This document shows positions 1 to 8,232 of a DNA stretch of 39,644 bases, piece by piece. This stretch comes from Acidimicrobiia bacterium (GTDB taxonomy: Bacteria; Actinomycetota; Acidimicrobiia; IMCC26256; BP-133). The notes under the pieces were generated by a model. That model had not been told where the DNA came from. It saw only the letters and a list, made by a program, of their open reading frames with translations, and did not search any database. Numbering within the stretch: the first letter of the stretch is position 1; each line of letters begins with the position of its first letter. The DNA is taken from positions 1 to 39,644 of the forward strand of contig JBOGFE010000644.1 of the NCBI GenBank assembly GCA_050741935.1, written 5' to 3'. The position numbers and the translations under genes are program-made.

Positions 1-402
1 GGCGTACGGCACGGCCCATGGCAGCAGGTGTTCCCAGAGCAGCGCGCGCCGGGACTCCCGCCACAGCAGCCGGCGGGCACTGTCCCGCTCGCCGTGCTCG
101 GTCTCGCAGAGCGTGGCGTACAGGCCCAGCAGCGCGGCCAGGTGGTCGGGTTCCGACGGCGGAGCCAGCCGCAGGGCCCGCCAGAATCCCGCGACCCGGT
201 CGGCGGCCTCGCCGCCGAGCATCCCCTCCGGGCCGAGGTACACCGAGGCGTAGGGGACGAGCTGGAAGATGAACGTCTCGGTGTGGTCGGCCGGGTCGGC
301 CCGGCCTGGCAGGCCGAGCGCCTCGATGATCCGCTGGTGGGCGGGCTCGGGCGGCTCGCACAGGGCCCCCAGCGTGCGGAACAGCTCAGGCGCGACCGGC
401 AT
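1..402 (-). CDS. TorD/NarJ/DmsD-family redox-enzyme maturation chaperone. N-terminal 134 aa only; the gene continues beyond the window edge.
   Basis: Not in the ORF track because it has no stop in the window. Hand translation of the reverse strand from ATG at 402..400 gives MPVAPELFRTLGALCEPPEPAHQRIIEALGLPGRADPADHTETFIFQLVPYASVYLGPEGMLGGEAADRVAGFWRALRLAPPSEPDHLAALLGLYATLCE... The PYxSVYL ... EPDHL ... L pattern is typical of TorD/NarJ chaperones. A strong SD (GGAAGGAGGG, reverse complement of 407-416) precedes the ATG. The start overlaps the stop of the upstream Mo-subunit gene by 17 nt. Confidence 0.6.
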   Translation of the reverse strand, partial: MPVAPELFRTLGALCEPPEPAHQRIIEALGLPGRADPADHTETFIFQLVPYASVYLGPEGMLGGEAADRVAGFWRALRLAPPSEPDHLAALLGLYATLCETEHGERDSARRLLWRESRRALLWEHLLPWAVPYA

Positions 403-3355
403 CTGGCCCTCCTTCCGCGGGCTCTGCCAAGCGGTAGGCGTCTCTGGCGGGCTTCAGCGGCCGCATCAGCCAGTAGGGGCGGCGGGTGCGGTCGGGGGAG
501 TGCAGATCGGCGCGGCGGGTCAGCGCCAGCCAGCGGCGGTACACCTGGTGGGCCTTGGCGGTGTCGACCGCGATGTCGCCGTAGCGGTCGGCCGGGTCGG
601 CCTTGCGCACCCGTACCGCCTGGTGCCAGCAGTGTTGGCCGGAGATCGGGTCGGGGTGGACGGGGAAGGCGAGGTTCTGGTGCACGCCCACGTCGGTCCA
701 CCAGATCCGGCGCGTGTCGGGGTCGGCCGACTCGTAGGGCCCCACGCCTCGCTTGCGGGACATCGTCCAGCCGCCGTCGCGCCTGGCCAGGTCCACGGTG
801 GCCATCGTCTGGCCAGGGCCCTGATCCTGGAGCTTCCAGCGGCCCATGTGGTGGCTGCAGGCCACCACCCCAGGCCGGATGCCCTCGGTGACCCACGCCT
901 TGACCACGAACTGGCCGATCTCGGTCTCCACCCGCACCAGGTCAGCGGGCCCGATCCCCAGGCGCGTGGCGTCGCGCGGGTGGATCCACAGCGGGTTGGT
1001 GTGGGCCAGCTCGTTCAGCCACTTGGCGTTGGCGCTGCGGGTGTGGATCTGCACCGGCAGGCGGAAGGTGGACAGCAGCACCATCTGGTCGGGCTGCAGC
1101 GCGTCGGGGTGGACGTGGCTGCGGATGTAGCCGGGCAGGGCGTGCTCGGGCCAGCCCCACGACGCCAGGGTGGAGGACCAGAACTCGAGGCGTCCCGACG
1201 GGGTGGGGAAGCCCCGCAGGGCCCGGCCGTCGACCCGCACCCCCACGGGGCGGCGGCCCTCGGCGTCGTGGTCGGGGGTCGGCAGGGGGACGGCGTTTCT
1301 CAGCGGCACCCCCGGGGTGGCGCAGTAGATGCGCCCGAAGCGGCCTTCGGCGGAGTCGACGAGGCGGTGCTCGGGCACCTCCACCTCGTGGCGGGCCCCG
1401 ACCTTGCCGGCGATCTCGAAGGCGCCGTAGCGGCGCATGTACTCCAGCGGGGTGAGCCCCTCGGCCGCCGCCTTCTCGGGCAGGCCCGGGATGGCGTGCT
1501 CGAAGATCCAGCCGTAGTACTCGTCGACGCTGAGCTTCTCGCCCGGCGTGGCCTTCGACTCGTGGAACTGGCGGATGCCGAGGCTGCCGTCGGGGTCGAT
1601 CCGCCACGACAACTCGATCCAGAACTCGTTCTCCTCCCACACCTCGCCCGGGTTCACCTGCCGGGTGTCGTCCACGTGCTCGCCGAGGCGCCGCCTCGCC
1701 TCGCGCAGGACGGGCTGGCGGAACCCGATCCACTGGCCGTCGTGCGTCTCGTAGGAGTGGAGGTCGTGGCGTTCGGAGGCGTGGCCCACGGGCAGGACGT
1801 AGTCGGCGAAGTAGGCCGTCTCGCTCCACGTGGGGGTGAGGGCGGCGTGGAGGCCCACCTTGGCCGGATCGGAGAGGACCTCCACCCAGGTGAACCCGTC
1901 GGGATTGGTCCACACCGGGTTGTAGACCCGGGTGAAGTACATCTCGAGATGCCCCCGGCCCTCCTTGAGGAAGTGGGGCAGGAGGAACGACAGCTCGTTG
2001 TTGGCCAAGGGGTATTCGTTGGGCCAGGTCAGGTCGTTCCAGGTGTGGCGATGGGGGGGCCAGTGGATGGTCCGGGGGACGAACTTGTTCCAGGCGTTGG
2101 GGAACGTCCCTCCCTCGGTGGCGATCGCTCCCAGCAGGGCGTTGAGGAGGAAGAGGGTGCGCGACACCTGCCACCCGCCCAGGTTCCCGGCGGCCGCCGA
2201 GCGCCAGTTGTGGGTCGACAGGCGGCTGCCCGCGCCCGCCACCGCCTCGGCCACCTCCCGCAGGGTCGCCGCCGCCACCCCCGACTCCGCCTCGGCGAAC
2301 TCGAAGGTGTACTCGGCGTAGAGGCCGGCCAGCACCGCCTCGAAGGACTCGAACGTCCGCTCCAGCTCGGGGTGCTCGGCGGCGAGGTACTCCTCCCAGT
2401 TCCACCACCGGCGGACGAACTCGCGGTCGTAGCGCCGGGTCGAGATGATGTGGTGGGCGATGGCCAGGTTGATGGCCGCCTCGCTGCCCGGCCAGGGGGA
2501 CAGCCACCAGTCGGCGTGGGTGGCCGTGTTGGAGAGGCGGGTGTCGAGCACCACCAGCTTCGCCCCGTTGGCCTTGGCCTCCATGACCCGCTGGGCGTGG
2601 GGGTTGAAGTAGTGCCCCGCCTCGAGGTGGGCGCTGATGAGATAGATGACCTCGGCGTTGGCGTGGTCCGGGCTGGGCCGGTCGATCCCCATCCACAGGG
2701 CGTAGCCGGTGCGGCCGCCACTCGAGCACACGTTGGTGTGCGAGTTGTGCCCGTCCACGCCCCAGGAGGCGAGGACCCGCTCGGTGAAGCCGTCCTCCCC
2801 GGGCCGGCCCACGTGGTACATCACCTCGTTGGCGCGGTCCTCGACGATGGCGGTGCGGATGCGGGCGGCGATGTCGTCGAGCGCCTCGTCCCAGCTGACC
2901 CGCTCCCAGCCTCCCCCGCCCCGCTCCCCGACCCGGCGGAGGGGGTAGAGGACGCGGTCGGGGTCGGTGACCTGGTTGATGGTGGCCGGGCCCTTGGCAC
3001 AGTTGCGGCCCCGGGACCCGGGGTGCTCGGGGTTGCCTTCGAACTTGCGGACCTGGAGCGTCTCAGGGTCGACGTAGGCGAGCAGCCCGCAGGCCGACTC
3101 GCAGTTGAAGCAGGTGGTGGGGACCAGCATCGAGCGGCGCTCGACCCGTTCGGGCCAGGACCGGGAGTCGAGCTCCACCCAGTCGTCCCAGCGCTCCTTG
3201 GGGGGGAACGCCGCCAGGTGGATCCGGCTCGGGCCCGGATAGAACGTCTCGCCCCTGGCCTCGACCTCCCGGCGGGCGGCACTCACCTGCTCGCCCAGTC
3301 GATCGAGGTCGTCGCGACGCATCTGCTCCTCCTCTTCTCGTTCCGGAACGCTCAT
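386..3355 (-). CDS. Molybdopterin (bis-MGD) oxidoreductase catalytic subunit, CISM/DMSO-reductase superfamily; substrate unknown
   Basis: ORF 386..3733(-). It has the N-terminal 4Fe-4S motif CFNCESAC...NCAKG and long molybdopterin oxidoreductase-like sequence throughout. I place the start at ATG 3355..3353 (MSVPEREEEEQ...), which forms an ATGA overlap with the stop of the upstream FeS/NrfD gene. The upstream extension of the ORF is R/P/A-rich shadow sequence. No twin-arginine signal is visible. Confidence 0.9.
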   Translation of the reverse strand: MSVPEREEEEQMRRDDLDRLGEQVSAARREVEARGETFYPGPSRIHLAAFPPKERWDDWVELDSRSWPERVERRSMLVPTTCFNCESACGLLAYVDPETLQVRKFEGNPEHPGSRGRNCAKGPATINQVTDPDRVLYPLRRVGERGGGGWERVSWDEALDDIAARIRTAIVEDRANEVMYHVGRPGEDGFTERVLASWGVDGHNSHTNVCSSGGRTGYALWMGIDRPSPDHANAEVIYLISAHLEAGHYFNPHAQRVMEAKANGAKLVVLDTRLSNTATHADWWLSPWPGSEAAINLAIAHHIISTRRYDREFVRRWWNWEEYLAAEHPELERTFESFEAVLAGLYAEYTFEFAEAESGVAAATLREVAEAVAGAGSRLSTHNWRSAAAGNLGGWQVSRTLFLLNALLGAIATEGGTFPNAWNKFVPRTIHWPPHRHTWNDLTWPNEYPLANNELSFLLPHFLKEGRGHLEMYFTRVYNPVWTNPDGFTWVEVLSDPAKVGLHAALTPTWSETAYFADYVLPVGHASERHDLHSYETHDGQWIGFRQPVLREARRRLGEHVDDTRQVNPGEVWEENEFWIELSWRIDPDGSLGIRQFHESKATPGEKLSVDEYYGWIFEHAIPGLPEKAAAEGLTPLEYMRRYGAFEIAGKVGARHEVEVPEHRLVDSAEGRFGRIYCATPGVPLRNAVPLPTPDHDAEGRRPVGVRVDGRALRGFPTPSGRLEFWSSTLASWGWPEHALPGYIRSHVHPDALQPDQMVLLSTFRLPVQIHTRSANAKWLNELAHTNPLWIHPRDATRLGIGPADLVRVETEIGQFVVKAWVTEGIRPGVVACSHHMGRWKLQDQGPGQTMATVDLARRDGGWTMSRKRGVGPYESADPDTRRIWWTDVGVHQNLAFPVHPDPISGQHCWHQAVRVRKADPADRYGDIAVDTAKAHQVYRRWLALTRRADLHSPDRTRRPYWLMRPLKPARDAYRLAEPAEGGPDAGRA

Positions 3356-4923
3356 GCCAGCGGGACGGCTTGGGCGGCCTGGACGTAGGCGTGCTCGTGG
3401 GCCAGCAGCCCGGCCAGGGCGGCGACGCCGGCCACCGGCCCGAGCAGCGGGGCGAGCAGCCCGGCGGCGGTGAGGGCGACGCCCGTCCAGAAGAATCCCG
3501 AGTAGCGGCCCCGGGTCATCTCCCAGGCGGCCAGGTGGGCGTGGGCGGTGGGATGGGCGAGGGTGAGCTCGCCGGCGACCAGCAGCAGATGGGCGGCGCA
3601 GGCCGCGGCGAGCACCCAGATCAACACGTCGCGGGCTCCGGAGTCGAGCACGGCGTCGGTCACCAGCAGCGCACCGGCGCCGGCCAGGGCGGCCTGGATG
3701 GCCATGTGGGGCGGCAGCAGCGGGCTCTGCCACAGGTCACGGGCCTTCGACTGGGCGAAGAGGTAGGCGGTGTAGACGGCGGTCATGACGGCGAGCGGGA
3801 CCCCCGGGAAGGCGGCCACCCGCATGAGGCCGGCGTTCCCGACCGCGGCGGCCAGGAAGTGGACACCGAGCACGGCCCCGTAGCCGCTGATGATGAACCC
3901 GCCCCGCACCAGCCAGGAGCGCCACTGGGGCTTGGTGAAGATGTAGAGGCACCGGGTCGGGTGCTCGAGGTCCCAGATGAGCAGGCCGCCGGTGGCGGCC
4001 AGGAAGAAGGCGGCGAGGCCGGGGGCGGCCCAGCGCACCAGGGGATCCGTCCACTCGACCGTCCCGGCGAAGGCGAGGAGGATCGCCAGGAGCCAGGCCC
4101 CGGCGGCGATGCCCTTGGTCCAGGTGTAGAGGCTGACCCGCCAGTCCCACGGCGCCCGGTGGGAGACGTCGTAGGCGACCAGGGCGGCCGCCTGCGAGTT
4201 GGCCGCGCCTCCCCGGGCCGGGTGCCCGGAGCCGACCTGCTGGTGGCCGCCGGGCTGCTCGCTCCACATGTACAGGCCGCCGTCGGGCCGGCGGGCGGCG
4301 AGCGGGTCGAGGGTGGCCTGGCTGGCGCCCCGGTAGAACACCTTGGGGCGGGTTTCCTTCTCGGGCCGCCGCACCGCCACCGGCTGGCGCCCCACGATCT
4401 GCGCCACCCTGGAGGTGGGGTCGTTGAGGTCGCCCACCAGGATCGCCTGGGTGGGACACACCGTCACGCAGGCGGGCTCCAGCCCGATGTCGAGGCGGTG
4501 GGCGCAGAAGTTGCACTTCTCGGCGGCGTGGTCCTCGGGGTTGATGAAGATGGCGTCGTAGGGACAGGCCGCCATGCATGCCTTGCAGCCGATGCAGCGG
4601 CGCTTGTCGAAGTCGACGATGCCGTCGCCCCGCTGGTACATGGCGGTGGTGGGGCAGGCGGCCACGCAGGGGGCGTCCTCGCACTGGTTGCAGCGGGTGA
4701 CCTGGAAGGCCCGGCGCGAGTTGGGGAACGTGCCGGTCTCGACGTACTTCACGTACGTGCGGGTCACCCCGAGGGGCACGGCGTTCTCCGACTTGCACGC
4801 CGTGGTGCAGGCATGACAACCGATGCAGGCGCTCTGGTCGAGCACCTTGATCCAGTTGGCGCGGCCCTCGGTGGGGGCGAGGGTCTGGCAGCGGGGAACG
4901 GCCGGCGCCGCCACCGTCGTCAC
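3352..4923 (-). CDS. Fused 4Fe-4S ferredoxin subunit (PsrB/DmsB/NrfC-like, four Cys clusters) + NrfD/PsrC-like polytopic membrane anchor
   Basis: ORF 3352..5550(-). The Cys clusters are CIGCHACTTAC, CNQCEDAPCVAAC, CIGCKACMAAC and CNFCAHR...CVTVC, followed by multiple hydrophobic helices. There is no in-frame ATG near the domain start. In-frame GTG codons at 4923 and 4914 are the first plausible starts, so the start is uncertain by tens of nt. Confidence 0.8.
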   Translation of the reverse strand: MTTVAAPAVPRCQTLAPTEGRANWIKVLDQSACIGCHACTTACKSENAVPLGVTRTYVKYVETGTFPNSRRAFQVTRCNQCEDAPCVAACPTTAMYQRGDGIVDFDKRRCIGCKACMAACPYDAIFINPEDHAAEKCNFCAHRLDIGLEPACVTVCPTQAILVGDLNDPTSRVAQIVGRQPVAVRRPEKETRPKVFYRGASQATLDPLAARRPDGGLYMWSEQPGGHQQVGSGHPARGGAANSQAAALVAYDVSHRAPWDWRVSLYTWTKGIAAGAWLLAILLAFAGTVEWTDPLVRWAAPGLAAFFLAATGGLLIWDLEHPTRCLYIFTKPQWRSWLVRGGFIISGYGAVLGVHFLAAAVGNAGLMRVAAFPGVPLAVMTAVYTAYLFAQSKARDLWQSPLLPPHMAIQAALAGAGALLVTDAVLDSGARDVLIWVLAAACAAHLLLVAGELTLAHPTAHAHLAAWEMTRGRYSGFFWTGVALTAAGLLAPLLGPVAGVAALAGLLAHEHAYVQAAQAVPLA

Positions 4924-4984
4924 CGTCCACCCGCGTCGGGCCGGTGGCGTCGCGCCGGCTGCTCGGCCTGCTCCTCCATGCCTG

Positions 4985-5040
4985 CCCCGTCTATAAGTGG
5001 CAACATTGGTAATAAATAAAGTACCAACATTAGAACTTAG
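4985..5040. promoter_or_regulatory. AT-rich core of the divergent intergenic region, with inverted repeat TTGGTA-N10-TACCAA (5006-5027) and direct repeat CAACATT (5001-5007, 5025-5031)
   Basis: ctataagtggcaacattggtaataaataaagtaccaacattagaac is one of the two most AT-rich tracts I noticed in a very GC-rich window (the other is at 37075-37110). It lies between the Mo-oxidoreductase operon (-) and the delta-60 repeat gene (+). Its function is not established. Confidence 0.3.
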
Positions 5041-5242
5041 CAGACTCGGCGAGCCACCCTCCCACCCCGATGAGTCCGGGTGCCTCTCAGCTGACTTGTC
5101 CGAAGCACGCGCTTTCGGCCGATGGGCCCCGCCTGGGCCTAATGACCGGCTGGAAAGGTGGGCCAGAAAACGGGGCGAATCTGTTGCCCGGAGGCCGATC
5201 TGCGCGCTGGGTGCAGATGGCTCCGTCCTGTCGGAGGCACAA

Positions 5243-6859
5243 ATGGCAACCCTCTCCCCCCGATTCCGGCGCGCCCTCGCGGCCGCGCTCGTCCCCGCAT
5301 TCCTCCTCGCAGTCACTCCCCCCGCCCTCGCCGCCCCCGGCGACCTCGACCCCACCTTCGACGGCGATGGCCGCGCCGTCATCGACGTCGGCCCACGGTC
5401 CGGGGCCGTGGCGGTGCTCGTCCAACCCGACGGCAAGATCGTCACCGGGGGAACTGAGCTCAGCGGGTTCCTCTCACGATTGCTTGTCACGCGGCTCAAT
5501 CCCGACGGTTCGCTCGACACCAGTTTCGCCGGCGACGGCACCGCCAACATCGAGGTGGGAGTCGCCTCCTTCGCTGCGGCGGTTGCCCGTCAGCAAGCCG
5601 ACGGCAAGATCCTCATCGGGGGCACGGCCGTGACTGGTGGGAGTTTTGTGTTCGCCGTCGTGCGCCTCAATGCCGACGGCACCCCCGACGCCGGCTTCGG
5701 CACCGCTGGGGTGGTCACCACAAGCTTCCCGGGTGCGGACAGCGGCTCGAGCTTCCAGATGAACGATCTCATCCTCCAGCCGGACGGCAAGATCGTGGCC
5801 GGCGGAACCGCACCCGACGTCGACCCGCTGTCGAACCATTTCGCGCTCGTCCGGTACAACTCGAACGGTTCCCTGGACACCACCGGCTTCGGCGTGGGGG
5901 GCCGGGTCCTGACGGACTTCCCCACTGGTGTCCCGGACCAGCTCCAGGCCCTGGCGCTCCAGCCGGATGGCAAGATCGTCGCCGCCGGTAGCACCGAGCC
6001 GTTGGCGACCATCGTCGCTCTCGCCCGGTACAACACCAACGGCACCCTCGACGCAAGCTTCGGATCCGGTGGGCTGGTCACGACGCCCCCGCCCGCCGGC
6101 GGCGAGAACGCGTACGACGTCGTCGTCCAGCCCGACGGCCGGATCGTGGTGGCCGGCGAGAGTGGCTCCGGTGACTTCGTGCTGCTGCGCTACCTGTCGA
6201 ACGGGAGCCTGGACGCTTCCTTCGGCGTCGCCGGGCGGGTCACCACGGACTTCGGCACCACGTCCGATTCCGCCCGGGCGCTGGTCCGGCAACCCGACGG
6301 CAAGCTGATCGCCGGCGGTACTGCCGGAACCCAGCCGGGCTCCGTCTTCGCCCTCGCCCGGTACCAGGCGAACGGAGCGCTCGACCCCACGTTCTCGGGA
6401 GATGGCAGGGTGACGACCGACTTCGCCAACGGCGATCCGACCGCCTTGTCCTTCCTCGAAGACCTCGCCCTGCAGCCCGACGGCAAGCTCGTCGCCGCCG
6501 GCGCGCGCACCAACGAAATCCCCGGCGGTGACCCTCTGTTCGGCTTCGACTTCAACCAGGCACTGGCCCGCTACGAGACCGGGTTGGTCCCGTCGACGCC
6601 CGGGGCCGGCGGGTGCAGCAACTCGGGCAACACCGGTCTGAACGTGTTCGTGTGCGGGCTGTCCGCACCGCTGTCGGTCCTCAACCTCGGGCGGAACAAC
6701 CAGACGGCGGTCACGCCGCCGGCATCCGCTCCGGGCACGCCGGGCATCCCGGCCACGGGGTCGGACAACACCGGGATCGTGGCCCAGCTGGTGCGGGTGG
6801 CGCTGCCGATCAACCTGATCAACCTGGGCGACAACAGCCAGTTCGCAGCCACGCCCTAG
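5243..6859 (+). CDS. Secreted delta-60-repeat (beta-propeller-like) protein with a C-terminal chaplin-like tail
   Basis: ORF 4997..6859(+). ATG at 5243 is preceded by GGAGG (5233-5237). Signal-peptide-like N-terminus: MATLSPRFRRALAAALVPAFLLAVTPPALAAPGD. Seven roughly 55-60 aa repeats of the form LxxDGSLDxxFGxxGxV...QPDGKIVxGG. Confidence 0.85.
   Translation: MATLSPRFRRALAAALVPAFLLAVTPPALAAPGDLDPTFDGDGRAVIDVGPRSGAVAVLVQPDGKIVTGGTELSGFLSRLLVTRLNPDGSLDTSFAGDGTANIEVGVASFAAAVARQQADGKILIGGTAVTGGSFVFAVVRLNADGTPDAGFGTAGVVTTSFPGADSGSSFQMNDLILQPDGKIVAGGTAPDVDPLSNHFALVRYNSNGSLDTTGFGVGGRVLTDFPTGVPDQLQALALQPDGKIVAAGSTEPLATIVALARYNTNGTLDASFGSGGLVTTPPPAGGENAYDVVVQPDGRIVVAGESGSGDFVLLRYLSNGSLDASFGVAGRVTTDFGTTSDSARALVRQPDGKLIAGGTAGTQPGSVFALARYQANGALDPTFSGDGRVTTDFANGDPTALSFLEDLALQPDGKLVAAGARTNEIPGGDPLFGFDFNQALARYETGLVPSTPGAGGCSNSGNTGLNVFVCGLSAPLSVLNLGRNNQTAVTPPASAPGTPGIPATGSDNTGIVAQLVRVALPINLINLGDNSQFAATP
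5330..6560 (+). repeat. Seven in-frame coding repeats (about 165-180 nt each) of the delta-60 type
   Basis: The protein motifs QPDGK(I/L)(V/I)xGG and (N/D)G(S/T)LDxSFG recur seven times. These are diverged coding repeats, not a non-coding array. Confidence 0.7.
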
Positions 6860-7053
6860 GACCACGTCCCACTCAACTGCGGTCCTCGTCCCGGCCCCGG
6901 CGGCCGGGACGATCCGCGTGAACCGCTCCCGGACCCGGCGTCAGGAGCGTCACATTGCGCCTGCGTCGCCCGACGCCACATCCGCGCTGCATCCCGGCCA
7001 GAATCCAGAAGTGGCGCGGTGATTCGTCGAGCCCGCCGCCGAAGGAACCAACG

Positions 7054-8199
7054 ATGGAGAGGGCGCAGCGGACGCGATCCGGGGTGCTCGCCCGGGCGAC
7101 CCTCCTGGCCGGCGTCGTGCTGTTCGTGCCGCCCGTCGACATCGCCCGGGCCGGGGCATCGCCGGAGACGGCCGCCGCCAACCTCCCGGGCCCGATCCTC
7201 GGGTCTCCACCCGGGATCACGGCCGGCCCGGACGGCAACCTGTGGTTCACCGAGCTGAGCGGCAACCGGATCGGGCGGATCACACCCGGCGTCCCCAACA
7301 CCATCACCGAGTTCGCGGTGCCCACACCCGGCGGCGGCCCGGGGGACATCGTCACGGGCCCGGACGGCAACCTGTGGTTCACCGAGTTCGGCGGCAACAA
7401 GATCGGCCGGATCACACCCGGTGCCCCCCACACGATCACCGAGTTCGCCCTGCCCACGGCCGACAGCCGACCGGTGGGCATCGTGACAGGCCCGGACGGC
7501 AACCTGTGGTTCACCGAGCAGGGCAACGACACGATCGGGCGGATCGAGCCCGGGGCCCCCCACACGATCACCGAGTTCGCCCTCGCCGCCGGCCGCGCCC
7601 CGGAAGACATCGCGCCCGGCCCGGACGGCAACCTGTGGTTCACGGGCGGCGACAGCATCGGCCGGATCAGCCCGGCTCTCCCCAACACCATCACCGAGTT
7701 CCCCGTCCCCACCGCGGGCAGCGAGCCCGCCGGCCTGGTGAGCGGCCCGGACGGCAACCTGTGGTTCACCGAACTCGGCGGCGGCAGGATCGGGCGGATC
7801 ACGCCCGGCGCCCCCAACACCATCACCGAGTTCGCCGTTCCCACCGCCGCCGGCGCACCGCGCAGCATCGCCGCCGGCCCCGACGGCAACTTGTGGTTCA
7901 CCGAGATGGGCGGCAACAGGATCGGGCGGATCCTGCTGGGCGCTCCCAACACCGTCACCGAGTTCGCGGTTCCCACCGCCGGCAGCACGCCGCGGGGCAT
8001 CGCCGCGGGCCCGGACGGGAATGTGTGGTTCACCGAGATCGCCGGCAACCGGATCGGCCGGATCACACCGGGAGCCCCCAACACCATCACCGAGTTTCCC
8101 CTTGCCCCGCCGAGCGGGCCCGGGGCGGCTCCCGACGCCGCGATTCCGGGGATTTTCCGCCGCCGGCCGGGTTCGGCGGGCGACGGGGGGCTCCCTTAG
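7054..8199 (+). CDS. Secreted 7-bladed beta-propeller protein of the Vgb / streptogramin-lyase repeat type
   Basis: ORF 6955..8199(+). ATG at 7054 follows GAAGGA (7041-7046). The N-terminus MERAQRTRSGVLARATLLAGVVLFVPPVDIARAGA looks like a signal peptide. There are seven repeats of GPDGN(L/V)WFTExxGNxIGRITPGAPxTITEFxxP. Confidence 0.85.
   Translation: MERAQRTRSGVLARATLLAGVVLFVPPVDIARAGASPETAAANLPGPILGSPPGITAGPDGNLWFTELSGNRIGRITPGVPNTITEFAVPTPGGGPGDIVTGPDGNLWFTEFGGNKIGRITPGAPHTITEFALPTADSRPVGIVTGPDGNLWFTEQGNDTIGRIEPGAPHTITEFALAAGRAPEDIAPGPDGNLWFTGGDSIGRISPALPNTITEFPVPTAGSEPAGLVSGPDGNLWFTELGGGRIGRITPGAPNTITEFAVPTAAGAPRSIAAGPDGNLWFTEMGGNRIGRILLGAPNTVTEFAVPTAGSTPRGIAAGPDGNVWFTEIAGNRIGRITPGAPNTITEFPLAPPSGPGAAPDAAIPGIFRRRPGSAGDGGLP
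7210..8110 (+). repeat. Seven tandem coding repeats, period 126-132 nt
   Basis: The string gacggcaacctgtggttcac (or a close variant) starts at 7231, 7363, 7495, 7624, 7750, 7882 and 8014. Confidence 0.85.
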
Positions 8200-8232
8200 G
8201 CTTTCCGGTCCTGACGGAAAATCGGGGGAGCG

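Noticed and set aside
269-3388. 1039-aa ORF on the + strand, opposite the molybdopterin oxidoreductase gene
   Set aside because: Its composition is dominated by G/A/R/P/V with no recognisable motifs. It lies antisense to a gene with clear family signatures. This is a typical high-GC shadow ORF.
4924-5550. N-terminal 209-aa extension of the FeS/NrfD ORF (the track start at 5550 would cross the AT-rich intergenic region and overlap the delta-60 gene start)
   Set aside because: The extension has no domain content, runs through the AT-rich promoter-like tract and overlaps the divergent gene. In-frame GTG codons at 4923/4914 sit just before the first FeS motif.
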